A DNA stretch of 7,468 nucleotides, taken from contig CAZECW010000107.1 of assembly GCA_964510585.1 (NCBI GenBank), positions 1 to 7,468 of the forward strand, read 5' to 3'. The translations under genes and the position numbers were made by a program. This document shows positions 7,236 to 7,468 of this stretch, piece by piece. Under the pieces are notes generated by a model that saw only the letters and a list, made by a program, of their open reading frames with translations, was not told where the DNA came from and searched no databases. The stretch is from an uncultured archaeon. GTDB taxonomy: Archaea > Asgardarchaeota > Jordiarchaeia > Jordiarchaeales > Jordiarchaeaceae. Numbering within the stretch: position 1 is the first letter of the stretch; every line of letters begins with the position of its first letter.

Positions 7236-7468
7236 CTACCTTCTTCTGCTATTTCTACTACCGCCTCTGTCTCTTCTGAATGGTTTTCCTGTGTATTGTG
7301 GGCGTTCTCCTCCGCCGTATCTTGGGTGGGGTCGGCGTTCCTGTTCGTATACTCGGTTTGAGAGGTTGTTTTCTGTGTTGACTTCTGCGGGTGTTTCCTC
7401 CTCTATTTCTTCCATTGTTCCGTATTTTCCAAGGTTTAGTCTTAGGGAGCCTTTGAAAACTGTTGTGT
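7236..7468 (-). CDS. ssb: Single-stranded DNA-binding protein (OB-fold, Sulfolobus-like SSB), 3' part; runs off the window
   Basis: Not in the ORF track. Frame 7466 to 7236 reads TTVFKGSLRLNLGKYGTMEEIEEETPAEVNTENNLSNRVYEQERRPHPRYGGGERPQYTGKPFRRDRGGSRNSRRR*. TTxFKGxLxLNxG matches the last OB-fold strands of crenarchaeal-type SSB, followed by an R/G-rich tail. Stop TAG at 7238-7236. Confidence 0.78.
   Translation of the reverse strand, partial: TTVFKGSLRLNLGKYGTMEEIEEETPAEVNTENNLSNRVYEQERRPHPRYGGGERPQYTGKPFRRDRGGSRNSRRR

Overview
Probably archaeal chromosomal DNA. This is inferred from TATA/BRE-like promoters, GGTG/GAGGTG-type ribosome-binding sites, oligo-T terminators and a Sulfolobus-type SSB. 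Left to right: the 3' part of an FGGY (xylulokinase-like) sugar kinase whose 5' half appears replaced by unrelated DNA; a stand-alone 4-hydroxybutyryl-CoA dehydratase (abfD); a translationally coupled nicotinate phosphoribosyltransferase-like/NrtR-family regulator pair with a 19-bp GT-N7-AC palindrome between the TATA box and the start; a 12-repeat TPR protein whose frame extends 78 codons above the first canonical start codon; a small Cys-rich hypothetical protein; a 326-bp non-autonomous IS608-like (IS200/IS605) element; and the 3' end of an SSB gene missed by the ORF track. The two most interesting signals are the mini-element and the NrtR module. The mini-element keeps all four IS608-type tetranucleotides (TTAC/AAAG/GAAT/TCAA), a candidate promoter and a TnpB-like tail, and sits 2 bp after the ssb stop, so any omegaRNA guide would be antisense to ssb. 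The NrtR module has an archaeal-type promoter and a heavily altered ADP-ribose pocket. No database searches were run; family calls rest on motif recognition.
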